From Giardia intestinalis (Eukaryota), in NCBI GenBank assembly GCA_000002435.2, contig CM018790.1: a stretch of DNA of 64,000 nucleotides; one strand, written 5' to 3'. Below the pieces are notes generated by a model that saw only the letters and a list, made by a program, of their open reading frames with translations, did no database searches and was not told the origin of the DNA. Positions within the stretch are counted from its first letter, which is position 1; every line of letters begins with the position of its first letter. The translations under genes and the position numbers were made by a program. Positions 29,227 through 41,200 of the stretch are shown one piece after another.

Positions 29227-31881
29227 CTAAATTTGGGACACGTCTCCCATGTCGCTTGCTAAAAGTCTTACACTATCTCCATCGAATCGGCGACGTTTAC
29301 GCTCCTCTAATTTCTTCTTGATAACGGTGAACCACAGAATAATGAACACAACGACGGCTACGAGCATGGCAACGCCAACGCCTATCCCAGCAGAGGCTTT
29401 TGCATTTAGCGTACAAGTGCCTGAATCATTTGTAAATCCACTATTACATATGCAGATGCCCTCTCCGCTATCAAAAAGTATGCTGCAAGATCCATGCCCG
29501 CTGCAAACGGTCCTTGAGGTAGATGAAGAGAAGCAGCCTAGCGGCATGCAAAATCCCGAAGTGTCATCCTTGCGAGAGCTGTCTCCCGAACAGAGGCACT
29601 CTGCCCCGTTTTCAGTAACAGCACAGCTGCCTTGTAAGCCACAAACACTCATGACACCGTCCCGCTGGTAGATGCAGGAGTCTGGGACACATCGGTCCGT
29701 CCCCAATGCGGTATATCCATAGTCGCACGAACAGATGTTCTCGGAAGAGCAAGATCCGTGACCACTACAGTATCCTTCCTCGCCCACACACGATCCTGGA
29801 ACACATTGTGCAACCCCATTGACAAAGACAATCGTGAATGGGAAGACACAGTCTTGGCACCACGCTCCAGAAAAACCTTCTTGGCACTTGCAGTAGTTTC
29901 CACCAGACGAAACCACACACTCCCCTCCGTGTTTGCAAGGAATGGTGGGGCACGACTGCTTATCGCATATGGCTCCAAACCAACCTTGCTCACACTTGCA
30001 AGCTGAGGTAGTTTCTCCTGTATTGGGGTCAGCAACTATCCGACAGGCTCCGTTACCAGAACACTCGGTCCCTTGTAGAGGGTCAATCTCGCATGGGTTT
30101 ATCTTACAGTCATGTCCATAAAAGTGCTCCAAGCACTCAGTGCACTCTCCGCTTTCAGAACACGTTCCCCCATTGCAGTTGGCATTGTCACCTTCGCAGT
30201 CATAGCGCTGGCAAAGGAGACCCTTGTAGTGCAGAGAGCACACACAACGGTGCAGAGAGACCTTTTTAACCACTGTACCGGCGCTAGTTGTAGAAACAAA
30301 CTCCTTCAGTGCACATGCCCCATTGCCAGAGCACTGCGGGGTGTCGGATCCGCAACCCTTGCGAGAGCAATCAGTCAAGTCTGACCCCGCAGGGCAGTTG
30401 CACGCCCAGCTTCCAAAGGAGTCTTGTACGCATGTCCCACCGTTACAGAGAGAATCCATACCATTGCAGCTGAACAGTTCGCATGCTGGACCACTGTATC
30501 CCGGTCTGCAGCGACATGTCAAGTCGCTACACGACCCACCGCCATTGCACTCTATATAGGTCTTTTGGACAGGAGCATCAGAAGATGTGAATTCCACTAT
30601 CTGGCAGGGGTTGTCCTGACACAGATTTCCTGTGTAGTTAGTTAAACACTTACAGGCATAAGAGCCTTCGACAAGCTTGCAGGCTCCACGACCCGAACAT
30701 ATGTTCTTCATGGAGTAATCTTTCTGATCATCTGGCAGCTGGGTGAGGCAATTTGTCGGAATGCAGTGCTGTGTCCCTATGAGCGCAGTATCGGGTGAAC
30801 AGCTACAGGACTTGGTGTCTGCATTACAGGATCCGTGGCCTGAGCAAACAATACCAGCGGAAATATCAGAGATGCATCCGTATGGGGTGCAGCTGTTGAT
30901 AGTCTTTGTAAAGTACTCCCCAATCCTGCAGGAATCGCAGTTTTCCCCAATCAGATTGTTCGGACATATGCACATGTGTAGAGCCTGGTCACAGATCAGT
31001 GGGGCAAAGCATACAGATGGATTAATAACGCAGTCCTCTAGGCTGCAGTCAGAGCCGACCCACCCTTCGTCGCAGTCACAGGTTGCATTATCAGGACCAT
31101 CATCACGACACGTGCCACGATCATTGCATTGCTTAACAATACTGTCCCCAATACTGTGGTAGATAATGCCACAGGGGTTCTTGCCACAGTCTGGTCCATA
31201 GTGATGGGGCTTGCACTTGCATTGCTTAGTCTGACGATCGCATGTATGCTTATCGTTGGTGCACACAAATAGGCCATTGGTGCAATCATAACTTTCGCAT
31301 GAGTGGCCATAGAAGCCAGCATTGCAATCACAGTAGTATCTAACGGGAGGAAGTTTCCCTGAGACCTCGGGGGCTTTCGTGCAAGTGCCACTACCACTGC
31401 AGTATTGATACTCCTTGGCAATGACATCATAGACAGGATTACATGTAGAAATGCTGCAATCGCCCTTATTGAAGCCAGGTTCACAGACACAAACGCCCGT
31501 CTCTGAGTCACATTTTTGCCCATTGCAGTCAGCAGGAGACGTACACATCTTCATCTCGCATGTATCCCCACTAAAGCCCTCCTCACAGACGCATTTATAC
31601 GTGCCATTGTCCTCTACGCACGTGCCAGCAAGGCTACATGCAACTGTCTTGTAAGGGCTTTCATGAAATATTGGCTGCTGCTCTCTGGGGTCTCTGTGAA
31701 TGCCACAAGGGTTAATCTCACACGAAATTCCGCTGACACCCTCAGGACACTTGCATCCAAACCAGTCGCACTGCCCAACATAACCACAGTCGTAATCAGT
31801 TAAACATGAAAAGGACGCCGCCGCGAATAGACTAATCACTAAAGTAATCATTAAAAAACTAATGTCATTTTTTCCTATCAT
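29227..31881 (-). CDS. High-cysteine membrane protein (HCMP) with multiple EGF-like modules
   Basis: Signal peptide MIGKNDISFLMITLVISLFAAASFS. About 880 aa with dense CXC/CXXC/GxC patterns typical of EGF-like repeats. Single C-terminal TM (IGVGVAMLVAVVVFIILWFTVI) followed by a basic cytoplasmic tail KKKLEERKRRRF..., not CRGKA, so HCMP rather than VSP. Confidence 0.85.
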   Translation of the reverse strand: MIGKNDISFLMITLVISLFAAASFSCLTDYDCGYVGQCDWFGCKCPEGVSGISCEINPCGIHRDPREQQPIFHESPYKTVACSLAGTCVEDNGTYKCVCEEGFSGDTCEMKMCTSPADCNGQKCDSETGVCVCEPGFNKGDCSISTCNPVYDVIAKEYQYCSGSGTCTKAPEVSGKLPPVRYYCDCNAGFYGHSCESYDCTNGLFVCTNDKHTCDRQTKQCKCKPHHYGPDCGKNPCGIIYHSIGDSIVKQCNDRGTCRDDGPDNATCDCDEGWVGSDCSLEDCVINPSVCFAPLICDQALHMCICPNNLIGENCDSCRIGEYFTKTINSCTPYGCISDISAGIVCSGHGSCNADTKSCSCSPDTALIGTQHCIPTNCLTQLPDDQKDYSMKNICSGRGACKLVEGSYACKCLTNYTGNLCQDNPCQIVEFTSSDAPVQKTYIECNGGGSCSDLTCRCRPGYSGPACELFSCNGMDSLCNGGTCVQDSFGSWACNCPAGSDLTDCSRKGCGSDTPQCSGNGACALKEFVSTTSAGTVVKKVSLHRCVCSLHYKGLLCQRYDCEGDNANCNGGTCSESGECTECLEHFYGHDCKINPCEIDPLQGTECSGNGACRIVADPNTGETTSACKCEQGWFGAICDKQSCPTIPCKHGGECVVSSGGNYCKCQEGFSGAWCQDCVFPFTIVFVNGVAQCVPGSCVGEEGYCSGHGSCSSENICSCDYGYTALGTDRCVPDSCIYQRDGVMSVCGLQGSCAVTENGAECLCSGDSSRKDDTSGFCMPLGCFSSSTSRTVCSGHGSCSILFDSGEGICICNSGFTNDSGTCTLNAKASAGIGVGVAMLVAVVVFIILWFTVIKKKLEERKRRRFDGDSVRLLASDMGDVSQI

Positions 31882-31931
31882 TTTTCCTGTTCTTTTCGTG
31901 CGCTCATCTCTCTTCGGCTCAACACTGTCTA

Positions 31932-33278
31932 ATGATAAGCTCTCTGCTAATCATTCACGGGCTCACAGGTGGCATGGTGGCATACAGAGATTTCGTTCCC
32001 GAAGCCTCCAAGAAGGTCCAAGGCATCTTTACTAATCATATCTTGATAAACCCTGACGCTGAGCACTCCCCGCTTTTCTCAGTAGAGGACCTTAATATCT
32101 GTTTTATCAAGCATACAGACTGTTATTTGGTGGCTGCAAGTAGTACCAATGCAGATATCAATTCTGCTACCGCGTTCTCCATACTACATTCGCTGGTCAC
32201 CGTCCTAGACACCTTTCTTGACGGATTCACGAGCGCTCGCAAACTAGAATTGAACATAGTGGTCGTTCTGCGTGTCCTTGCAGAGTGTTCGAGCAACGGA
32301 CAGATCTTTAACTTTGACCTCTCGTTCCTGCAGAACTTAGCACGGCCAACACAGGTTTACGATACCTCTCGCAGCACAGGGAGTGTCGTTGTCCGAAAAA
32401 CGACCTTCCACCCTTCTCCAGTTTGGTCCCGTGAAAGACCTGCTCCGCTGACGTCATATGACGAGAACGAAATTGAGTTTACTATTTCTGAGCGAGCGGA
32501 TGTGGTGGTCGATCTGACAGGTAATAAGGTAGAATCCTGCGTCGTCTTGGGGGCTGTTAATGCCACTGTGCACCTTGTCAACTCTCCAGAGATCACGGTC
32601 ACCCTTTCGGATAACGTTAACATCAGCCAAGTACCCTCAAGTAAGCAAGCCAAGGGCGTTGCTGCCCAATCCCAGGCTTCAATTGAGCTATGTGATGTGC
32701 AGCTGCATAGAAGCGTTGACATAGCTAAGTTTCACATAGCTAAGAAGCTAGTATTCGTCCCCGTTGAAGAGGAGTTTAGGCTCTTCTCGTACAGGCTCAA
32801 TAAGGTCGATTCAGCGCCCATCCTCTGCATTGTCACCAACAGATCCAATCCCCAAAAGCCGCTGGAGCGCGAATACCATTTGAAGTTAGAAACGCTTTAT
32901 CCCAGTAGGATCATTTCAAAGCAGATTGTCATTTCTGTGCCTGTCATGATGAACATAGACTCGCCCAAATTGCAGACACGTCGCGGGATCATGAAGTATT
33001 GCCCTCATGAGCAAGTTGTCAAGTGGATCCTTGAGTCTCTTCCTGGGAAGCAGATATTTAAGGCGTTATTAAACTTTGGTGTACCTAGCAGACATAAGGA
33101 TCAGCTGGGTTGTGATGCTACGTCGCTGCGGCCTATTGTGATAGAATACACTATACCCTACCACCACATTAGCGGTCTGAATATAGACAAGTGCGTGGTT
33201 GACGCGGATTATAGTCCTGAAGTCACTGTTACCAAGTCACTGACTGGAATGGTTGTCATAAAACACACCATCGTGTAG
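31932..33278 (+). CDS. Adaptor protein (AP) complex medium (mu) subunit
   Basis: The N-terminal longin-like domain aligns with AP mu chains (MISSLLIIHGLTGGMVAYRDF...NICFIKHTDCYLVAASSTNADINSATAFSILHSLVTVLDTFL). The C-terminal mu-homology domain includes MKYCPHEQVVKWILESLPGKQ, matching the KY.PE...W.I pattern. Length 448 aa. Confidence 0.8.
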   Translation: MISSLLIIHGLTGGMVAYRDFVPEASKKVQGIFTNHILINPDAEHSPLFSVEDLNICFIKHTDCYLVAASSTNADINSATAFSILHSLVTVLDTFLDGFTSARKLELNIVVVLRVLAECSSNGQIFNFDLSFLQNLARPTQVYDTSRSTGSVVVRKTTFHPSPVWSRERPAPLTSYDENEIEFTISERADVVVDLTGNKVESCVVLGAVNATVHLVNSPEITVTLSDNVNISQVPSSKQAKGVAAQSQASIELCDVQLHRSVDIAKFHIAKKLVFVPVEEEFRLFSYRLNKVDSAPILCIVTNRSNPQKPLEREYHLKLETLYPSRIISKQIVISVPVMMNIDSPKLQTRRGIMKYCPHEQVVKWILESLPGKQIFKALLNFGVPSRHKDQLGCDATSLRPIVIEYTIPYHHISGLNIDKCVVDADYSPEVTVTKSLTGMVVIKHTIV

Positions 33279-33452
33279 GTCTCTTCAGGTGCTTCTGCTC
33301 ATCATCTGAACTTTTGTACACTCCATCTACTTTACCAACGTCTGCACTTTACCTGCAGCCTCATCTCGCCCGCATCCATTCACTCTGCATCAGCTGTTTG
33401 AAAACTGAAAATTCCATCTTGTGCACGGATCCACAAGGTCCTTAGAAGTCGT

Positions 33453-33665
33453 CTACTTATTAGGCTGTGCATCGGGGGCCTGCAGGAGCGGCTTTTTCCT
33501 ATTGTTACTTAAAAACCACTGGCCAAGCCACAGCAACGGCTTGACAGGCCTCTCTTTAGCCAAGGCTATGGCGCCCTCATTGAGGTAGTGAATCATGTTT
33601 TGCTCAGATATATATTCCTGAATCTCTGCGTCTTCATACTCAACACCGGTGATGTAATCCGTCAT
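33453..33665 (-). CDS. DPY-30 motif (RIIa-like dimerisation/docking) protein, ~70 aa
   Basis: ...IHYLNEGAIALAKERPVKPLLWLGQWFLSNN matches the Dpy-30 motif (YL...V.P.L..GL..LAKERP..P...LA.WLL.NN). The ORF-track start at 33686 is TTG, so I place the start at the first ATG (cat 33663-33665, MTDYITG...). Confidence 0.5.
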   Translation of the reverse strand: MTDYITGVEYEDAEIQEYISEQNMIHYLNEGAIALAKERPVKPLLWLGQWFLSNNRKKPLLQAPDAQPNK

Positions 33666-33764
33666 CTTAATTTTCAAAAAAATCAAAAAAGTTAAAAAAG
33701 TTCCCGGATTTTTTTATCTTCTGCATGGAGGCAAAAGGTTGGTTTGCCGACTACTGAGGGGTTC

Positions 33765-36700
33765 CTAGGAAGTGGAAGAGCTAGAAAAAACCTCTTTGAC
33801 AAGTCCGTGAGAAACTCTACGGGCTTCCGCGGGTGAAAGTCCAAAGTACCTTAGGGTATTTTCTGTATCACCGGCTGGGGATAGCCCGTGATACAGCGCA
33901 AGATCGGCACATAAGGCATCATGGGAATCCTGTGCACCTTGAATGCTTTGCTCGTCCGTAGCACTAGCGATGTTCACTAAGCTAGTGAAGATGTTTTCCG
34001 CTAAATCTGCCACCCTCTTCGGTTTGTGGTATTCTTTAAGTGCCATTTTAATGATCTCATCGCATATTGCCTGGGACAATCCGAAGATACTTTGTCCAAA
34101 AATTCTGCTTGCGCCACCGCTCTGAGCCTCCAAAAATCGCACCATATTGAACTCCGATGAGCTGTCGGCAGATCCGCGAGCAGAGCAGACAATAGAGTTC
34201 CTTGTACTAGGGGCTGTACTCTTGTTTGCATCTGCGTGACCTTCCTGCCTTTTTCTTTTGTATTTAACTTTGATGACCACGCGTGCCCTTCCGTTGGAGT
34301 CTTGATAGTATTGGCCAGCATCTTCATCTCCATGATCTGACTCCGAGATGTAGCATATTAAGTCGCCAGTCTCCTGGTCAAACCTCCTGTAGTGTCGACG
34401 CACGCTCCCGTCCTCGGCCTCTTCTAGTGAATACTCTCTATCTTCGTAGGTATAGTCTACGTCGTCTTCAACAGCATCTACTTCACTGACTTCCTTTTGA
34501 TCGGACGTCTCTACAAATGGCGTCCGAGTACTGAGTTTAGCCATAGCTTTGTTCGCATAATATACTAGAATATCGTCAGAATGTGGGATTGGCCTCATTA
34601 GGCCATCTGAGCCTCTCACCAGGTGGCGCCTAGTTACCGAACGGCCTCCAACAATGATGTCCAGTTCTGAGGCAGTTTTCTCTATTTTGGATAATTCATA
34701 ATTTGCTGCTCTTGCCTTAATTAAGTGCTCCTTCAAATCAAACGGTTTCTGATTACCTGTCTTACCAGCCTGTTCAAAGAATGCATAGCTCATGTGATTT
34801 GCCTTTCTACCCGACTGTGCTACCTTCTGTAGCGCAAGATTGATGTCATCCCCTGATTGACGTGTAACGTATTTCAAGTATTGTAGTAGCTCACTCTCAA
34901 GTAATTCTAAATCTATCATAGATGGATCGTCATGCACACTCTTGTACATATCAGAGCTGTCTGCATGTGACGCCAGTAACTCTGGTCCTGATTCTAGTGG
35001 TTGGAGCATGTTGGAGGCCATTCTTCCACGAAGACAATTACGCTGAACTGATTTTGGTGCTCTGAATTGGGGATCGGGAGCAGGATGGGATTTGTCTCTC
35101 CGCATGATCAATAGATCTGTCAGTTCTATTGTAGAAATCGTCTGTATTGGGCCAATTCTTTCAGTTCCGGATGCTTTGACGGCTGGGTTTTGAGACACAT
35201 CGTTGTTAGCATCGCATGCCAGCAGCATATAAAAGACTGGATCACTGTTCCCCCAAGTGTCAAATGAAACTTGGATCGTACCTTTTGATGGAAGTTTTTC
35301 AATCTGCACGGGGAAGTACTCGACGGGGTCCTTTGGAGGGGCTTCTACTTCTGCCAACGACGGGACGTGCTGCTTAGACCGTTGAAACACTTGCTTTCGG
35401 AGATTAGTGGTCGATTTTGTAGCCATGCTCTTACGCAGATTGATTGATTTAGATGTGCTTGTTTGAATAGAATGGATATCACCCTCTGCAGCATTTAGCT
35501 TTAAATGGAGATCTGATAGTTTTGTGGTCATGCTGCTTACTAAGTTAGCACAGGCCGTTTGATCGGATTTCTCAAGACCTGGTGGTCTCCAACTTGAGTT
35601 GGTTGTGCTCCGTGACAAGTTAATGCAAAAATCGTGCTCTACACGTCCTCCTTTTTTATCTGAAATGTCCCTTGACGTGTAAATTGGAGTTCCACAAAGT
35701 GAGTGTTTAGAAAAGCGCTGGCGAACCTCACTCAAGGAAATATCAACGATGTGTTGGGCGACTACCTCGTTAAGCTGCACTATATCTAGGTTGGCTGACG
35801 GCACTCCACTCTTTGCTGGACAGATACCATTTCCTCCTACTGCACTACTTCTTGTCTGTACCGGTGTACTTATGGATCTCACAGAGCCATCTGCTTTACC
35901 TTGGGGCCTTGCAAGTATTGTTGCATGGTTGTTCATTAACTCTCTAAAGGGAATCCGTCGTATGGGATTGCTTCTGTCACGGAGGAGATTGTAGCGTATC
36001 AGTATATGAGGGACAGTTCGTGGAGATCCAACATCCACGTTAGTGAGTAGCTCCAAGTTTGTATCCGCCAAATCAGCACGGCAAATGCGCATAAGGTCAT
36101 CGTCACTGACTAGGTTGTGGAGTCCACGTAAGTTGGCATGAGTGCGTAGTCTCGTTATGTGCGGGTCATTGTGTCCTCCAGAGTCGCTAGATGTGTGAGG
36201 AGTCGTTCCAGTTGCTTTTAGATGCTCCAAGCGAAGCTCTTCTGCCTTTGAGGAGGCGTGTTGGGTGCTGCTGGTTGGGCTGGAAAGGGCATATCTGTCA
36301 CGTAGGTCTTGCTTGTCTGTGGATGACATTGTGCTTGAAAAGGAATGATCACACTGCTCTGCAGCAGCAGCTTGAGCAAGTCTTGTTGGCAATCGCTGTG
36401 TCCTGTTTTCCTTTTTGTCGAATTGTTGCGGCTGTGATAGTGGCGGCGGTGGCGGTGGCGGTGATTTCGATGATGATAATAAAGGTGATAAGTTGGGACT
36501 TGGAAGGGGAAGAGCCATACGTGTGGTTTTCTCTGTGGCAGCATCCAGGGAGGACACGATGGGCATAAGAGCTGAGGAAGATACAGCGGGGGGAGATTTT
36601 TCCACTGCTGGTTCTGAAGTAGAATCTGTTTCCATAGCTTGCTGCGAGTCTCCTACCAATTTATGGCGACATAGTTTTATGTGCGATGACAGCTTCATAA

Positions 36701-38267
36701 ATAGATCTTTATTAGACAGTGTTTTGTTTTGGGGTTGGCGCCATACAACAAAATACAAATTAGTTGCGTTATTCTGTTTGACACCCACAGAGATAGTATA
36801 ACTTTTAACATAATGAAGCGGCTTTTTCAAAGGCTGTACTTTTGATCTATCAAGTTGAGGATTTAGTTTTGCGTGCAGATCCCTGTACGTTAAAGGATGA
36901 TCAGTGTTCGCTTGCTTTATGGAATGCTTGTCATCTACAGCAGATTTAGGACTAGCTTCATTCGTCTCTCCAGCTAAATCGGTTTCAGAAGGTATGTCTG
37001 CCACGCAACCGCTGATAACAGGACCAACATATGTGTTACGTAGTACTTGTATCCCTCTCTGAAGCACTATGCTCCCGGGCTTTTGAGATATACCCAGATT
37101 TCGCGCCAAAACAGACCATTCACGTGTGTTGTAAGAATCTGCCTTTTCTAACAACTGTGATTCTTCCAAGGATATGACTCCTAGGCCCACCATTGTGTAT
37201 AGATATCTGACGAGGAGGATGACATATTGCCGTCCACGTATGGTATGATCAAATACGGCTTCTGTCGATAGGAGTGCAGCTAGCTTTGCAAAGAGAGGGA
37301 CCACAAAGCTTCGGGTAACCTCTCGGAGTAAGGGATACACCTCTATGAGAGTTCTAGATCTTATGTCTGCGTTGAATAACCGCGTAATGTAGGAGAGGAC
37401 TAGAATGGTATAGTTGGCATTACTAAGTAAATTAATTAGAGCCAACAGGAGGATGCGCAGGTCAACCATCCCTATCACAGCCTCTGCGAAGTAAATTAGC
37501 TGGTCTCTGTCCAGGATTGTAGCCGTTGCATACGATAACAGCTTAAGGAGATCGTTAATACTCTTAAGTACTACATCGATGTCTGTGCTCTGCGTGCTGG
37601 CATAAAGAGACCTAATATGCATAGGCCATCTGACCTTAATCTGAAAGAGCTCGGCACGGAGAGCGTCTGCGCTGCTGGCGTTAAGCAGAGAAGATAATGC
37701 GCCGTCGATCACGGCGTTCCTTTTGATATTAAGTGAAATTGACGCCATTGTAGATTTTGTTTGCTCGTCAAGTTGAAAAATGTTATTAATCCCTCCAATA
37801 TCACGTAAAATTTCATCATACTCAGCTCCTGAAACTAGATGCCCTATTTTATTTGTGAGATGCTTCTTGTGCCTGAACTGTGGGGACGCATCTTTGACCA
37901 TATGAAAATCGCCATGTTGATCTGAAACTGGCTCTGCACCCAAGTCTCGCAGCTGTCTACCATACTGAACTGTGGATCCAAAATACAGTTGGCCACTATA
38001 GCCATTAACGAGCTCTCGAAACGCGGGCCGAACAACTTGACAAGATACGTCTGCATAATTTTGTGGTTGACTATTACTACGCAATCTAGTTCTATTAATG
38101 GTTCGCAGATTGCTACAAGGGTCTCGTTGCTGGAGAGAACAAGCCCGCTTCCCAAGCTGCTTAAGGCCCTGAGACAGCCGCACTGCCTGCTTAGGATGTT
38201 TCATTGGAGGTTTATGAATATGCAGCACCACCTCATCCTGCTTGACATTGATGTAGTGAGCAAACAT
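33765..38267 (-). CDS. Very large hypothetical protein (1500 aa) with poly-Pro and Ser-rich low-complexity tracts
   Basis: Continuous ORF with ATG at 38265-38267. PPPPPPP tract encoded by ggcggcggtggcggtggcggtg at ~36430-36475. No domain recognised. Confidence 0.55.
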   Translation of the reverse strand: MFAHYINVKQDEVVLHIHKPPMKHPKQAVRLSQGLKQLGKRACSLQQRDPCSNLRTINRTRLRSNSQPQNYADVSCQVVRPAFRELVNGYSGQLYFGSTVQYGRQLRDLGAEPVSDQHGDFHMVKDASPQFRHKKHLTNKIGHLVSGAEYDEILRDIGGINNIFQLDEQTKSTMASISLNIKRNAVIDGALSSLLNASSADALRAELFQIKVRWPMHIRSLYASTQSTDIDVVLKSINDLLKLLSYATATILDRDQLIYFAEAVIGMVDLRILLLALINLLSNANYTILVLSYITRLFNADIRSRTLIEVYPLLREVTRSFVVPLFAKLAALLSTEAVFDHTIRGRQYVILLVRYLYTMVGLGVISLEESQLLEKADSYNTREWSVLARNLGISQKPGSIVLQRGIQVLRNTYVGPVISGCVADIPSETDLAGETNEASPKSAVDDKHSIKQANTDHPLTYRDLHAKLNPQLDRSKVQPLKKPLHYVKSYTISVGVKQNNATNLYFVVWRQPQNKTLSNKDLFMKLSSHIKLCRHKLVGDSQQAMETDSTSEPAVEKSPPAVSSSALMPIVSSLDAATEKTTRMALPLPSPNLSPLLSSSKSPPPPPPPLSQPQQFDKKENRTQRLPTRLAQAAAAEQCDHSFSSTMSSTDKQDLRDRYALSSPTSSTQHASSKAEELRLEHLKATGTTPHTSSDSGGHNDPHITRLRTHANLRGLHNLVSDDDLMRICRADLADTNLELLTNVDVGSPRTVPHILIRYNLLRDRSNPIRRIPFRELMNNHATILARPQGKADGSVRSISTPVQTRSSAVGGNGICPAKSGVPSANLDIVQLNEVVAQHIVDISLSEVRQRFSKHSLCGTPIYTSRDISDKKGGRVEHDFCINLSRSTTNSSWRPPGLEKSDQTACANLVSSMTTKLSDLHLKLNAAEGDIHSIQTSTSKSINLRKSMATKSTTNLRKQVFQRSKQHVPSLAEVEAPPKDPVEYFPVQIEKLPSKGTIQVSFDTWGNSDPVFYMLLACDANNDVSQNPAVKASGTERIGPIQTISTIELTDLLIMRRDKSHPAPDPQFRAPKSVQRNCLRGRMASNMLQPLESGPELLASHADSSDMYKSVHDDPSMIDLELLESELLQYLKYVTRQSGDDINLALQKVAQSGRKANHMSYAFFEQAGKTGNQKPFDLKEHLIKARAANYELSKIEKTASELDIIVGGRSVTRRHLVRGSDGLMRPIPHSDDILVYYANKAMAKLSTRTPFVETSDQKEVSEVDAVEDDVDYTYEDREYSLEEAEDGSVRRHYRRFDQETGDLICYISESDHGDEDAGQYYQDSNGRARVVIKVKYKRKRQEGHADANKSTAPSTRNSIVCSARGSADSSSEFNMVRFLEAQSGGASRIFGQSIFGLSQAICDEIIKMALKEYHKPKRVADLAENIFTSLVNIASATDEQSIQGAQDSHDALCADLALYHGLSPAGDTENTLRYFGLSPAEARRVSHGLVKEVFSSSSTS

Positions 38268-41200
38268 GAGGTGGAGAGTGGGTAGAAGAAATCAAGGCCT
38301 GCGGTTTATAAAATCTCTTTTTGGTATGGCAGAGCTAAGGCTCTCAATACCTCCAGCCGTTCTTCAACAGATGGTTGCTTTGGCTGCTGAGATTACTATT
38401 ATTGAAAATGGTCTCGCTCAAGCACTTACTCTGGCAGACCGAACCAGATTTCGCACATCTACAGAGTTGACTAACTACCTCTCTCATAAGCTAGACAAGC
38501 ACTTCTACACTACCGTTAGCCAGCGGATTGGATTCCAGCGAGCGGCGTTTCTCTCTGCCTCTGCAGCTATGAAAGAAACGGCTGATACCTGTTTCGAAGA
38601 TTGGGGCTCCACCATAGATAGCTTTAAAAGGGGCGTGGAAAAGATACCAGTTCTGCAGGCAGAGATAAAGAGCTTTACAAGCACTACAGAGCATGGGCTG
38701 CAGGAAGACCTAAAGGACATAAAGACGATCAACCAATCTCTTATCAACCAAGAGAAAGAAGCGCACAGTCTCCTTACAGAAAGGATAGCAGCTCTACAAC
38801 AAAAGACTTTGGAAACTATCAAGCCAGTAGGGTCTCTGCACTCTACCATAGATGCGACAAAGGACGAGCTTCGACATCTTAAGTACCAGCAACGGCTACG
38901 GTCCCAAGCCAATGAAGATAAGTTCTCGTCTCTGCGGTCTGCTCTTGATAAAGGGAATTTTCAGGCTATTCGAAGAGACCGGGTATTTAAACAGGCAGAG
39001 TCAGATATTCTGGAAAAGCTCAACCCGCTTCTCTTTCACCATATGTCTGAGGAGAGTAACTCCTCAAAAGAGCAACTACGTAATCTGCACACCACCATCT
39101 CTACTCAGCTGTCTACGCTGCGCGACTGGGAAAACAAGTTGAACGCTATGGCATCAATCTTTACCAGAGATCACTACACTACCGTTAAAAAACCGGTGGA
39201 GAGATCCATTGAATCAATGCGCACTGAAATAGTAGCACAACAAGAGCGCGTAATACTAGACTTACGCTCCATTCGGGATGAGTTGAACAGTGCTTATCTT
39301 GAACACAAGCGCGGAACAGAACTTATTCGCAAAGTCAAGATCGAAATGGACACTATGAAGCAGAAGTGGCATCAGAGTATAGATCTTCTCAAGAAGAAGT
39401 ACATGCTCAACGACTTGGAAGAGTTGCGCCGTATTTACGAGAAGGAGATCCCAGAGGCCTCTAGATCCAAGGCTTTCGAGCTCTGTGCGGATGCTGAGAC
39501 GACACTGGCATCCACTGAGCAGGCTGTTAAGATGTGGAGCGATCTCATGGCCCAAAGGGTCGAGTCAGAAGATGCAAAAATGAAGAAAATGGAGCAGACG
39601 CTTAACAGACTCTTGAGCGAGTTGATTCTAACCACGCACACACGTTCTCTGGGAATAGATGAGTTGAATAGGCGGCTTTCCCACAAGGCCTTCGAGCTAA
39701 CTCAGCTTGTTGGTACCCGCATGGATGACGCTCAGTTCAAGCAAAAACTCGCAGAAAAGGTGAGCAAATCCGATACAGATATAGCATTTGGTGTGTATTG
39801 TCCTGCGGAACACGAAGAACAGGTCATCCCTCAGCCCCCTCGTGGTAGGATTAACGCCAGCAACTCATACCGTCCTCAATCTGCCAATAATATTAATAAG
39901 AAAGTATGGAGCGATAAGAAGATTGCTGAAGATAGCAGATTGCTTCGAGAGTATCAGAATCAGTGTGCACTAAAGAGCGAAGATTTCAGCTTTATCAAAT
40001 ACTTTACAACTGCAATCATGAACGAAAAATCCGGATTAATGAGTGACCCTTCTCTAGCAGATACGGAGTCGACTATATATGCAGGTCCACACGGTAATGC
40101 CGTACTTGATAGCGATCACGTCGCCACACACGTTTTGCAGGTCAGTCCCAGCTTGGTGCAACAGAGGGTTGCAGCCAGCCTAGCTCTCAGGGAGGCTTCT
40201 CAAAAGTCAATCAGCTCTCCGCTACCATTATCAGTCCCATCTGCTATGCCCGCTTCGAGTAAGGAGCAAATAAGGCTGCGCCCCGGAACCGAGGCCCTTT
40301 TCCCCAAGGAAAAAACTGCATCTACCGTATCACTGACTAATATTTACATGGCAGAGTCAGCGAGTGCCTCCCCAACAGAAGCAACCTCGCAGCACCAGCG
40401 ATTAAATCATACGGGTCGGAATCTCCGAGGACGCCGGTCGTACCATGCACGAATAGCACAAACTATTCTGAATGCAAACGAGGATCTAAACAAGCTAACT
40501 GACAGTATCGCCAAAGCAGAACGCGACCTAGAGGAAGCTGAAAGCAAGCGAGCCATAAATGCCGATTTGACCGGCATCAGAGTCAGAACGCGAGCTACCT
40601 CCGAAGGCATATCATCAAGGCACCAGCAGGTGATGTCTGTGCCCTCAAGCGTGCACGGAAGAAGTCGCTCTGGTAAGGTGGTATCCGCTGGCACTGAAAC
40701 GTCTCTGCTGCACGAAGATGATAAAGCCGTGATTTTCACAACCAGTGACATCAATCCAGAGGTCTTAGCGTATAGCAAATCGGAATCTAAAGATAATTAT
40801 AGAGCACAGAGATATCCTGATGGCATTAACCCCCGAACAGGTCTCTTCGAGGAAATTTCACCGTTCGAATATCAACAGCCCAGGGTAAAACATAGCACGG
40901 TCACAAAATCTACTCCTTCGTTGCCGGCCATGCCAGAAGAACTTGTGATTGTCAGTCACACTCTGGGGAAGGATCAGAATAGACAGCGACAACAGTTGAA
41001 CGCTCGACGCACAGTGCGCTCTGCTGTTCCCGTTGGCGAGCAATATCTGTTGAAGCAGTGTGAACCCCCACTAACCACCTCTATGGACGATATCTACGTT
41101 GAATCTGTCAATACCAACAAAGAGAGTGGCCTTACTAGCGCAGAGGCTAACAAGTTACCGAGAGCATACAGCGCCAATGCGGCTTTGAAAGCTAAAAGAG

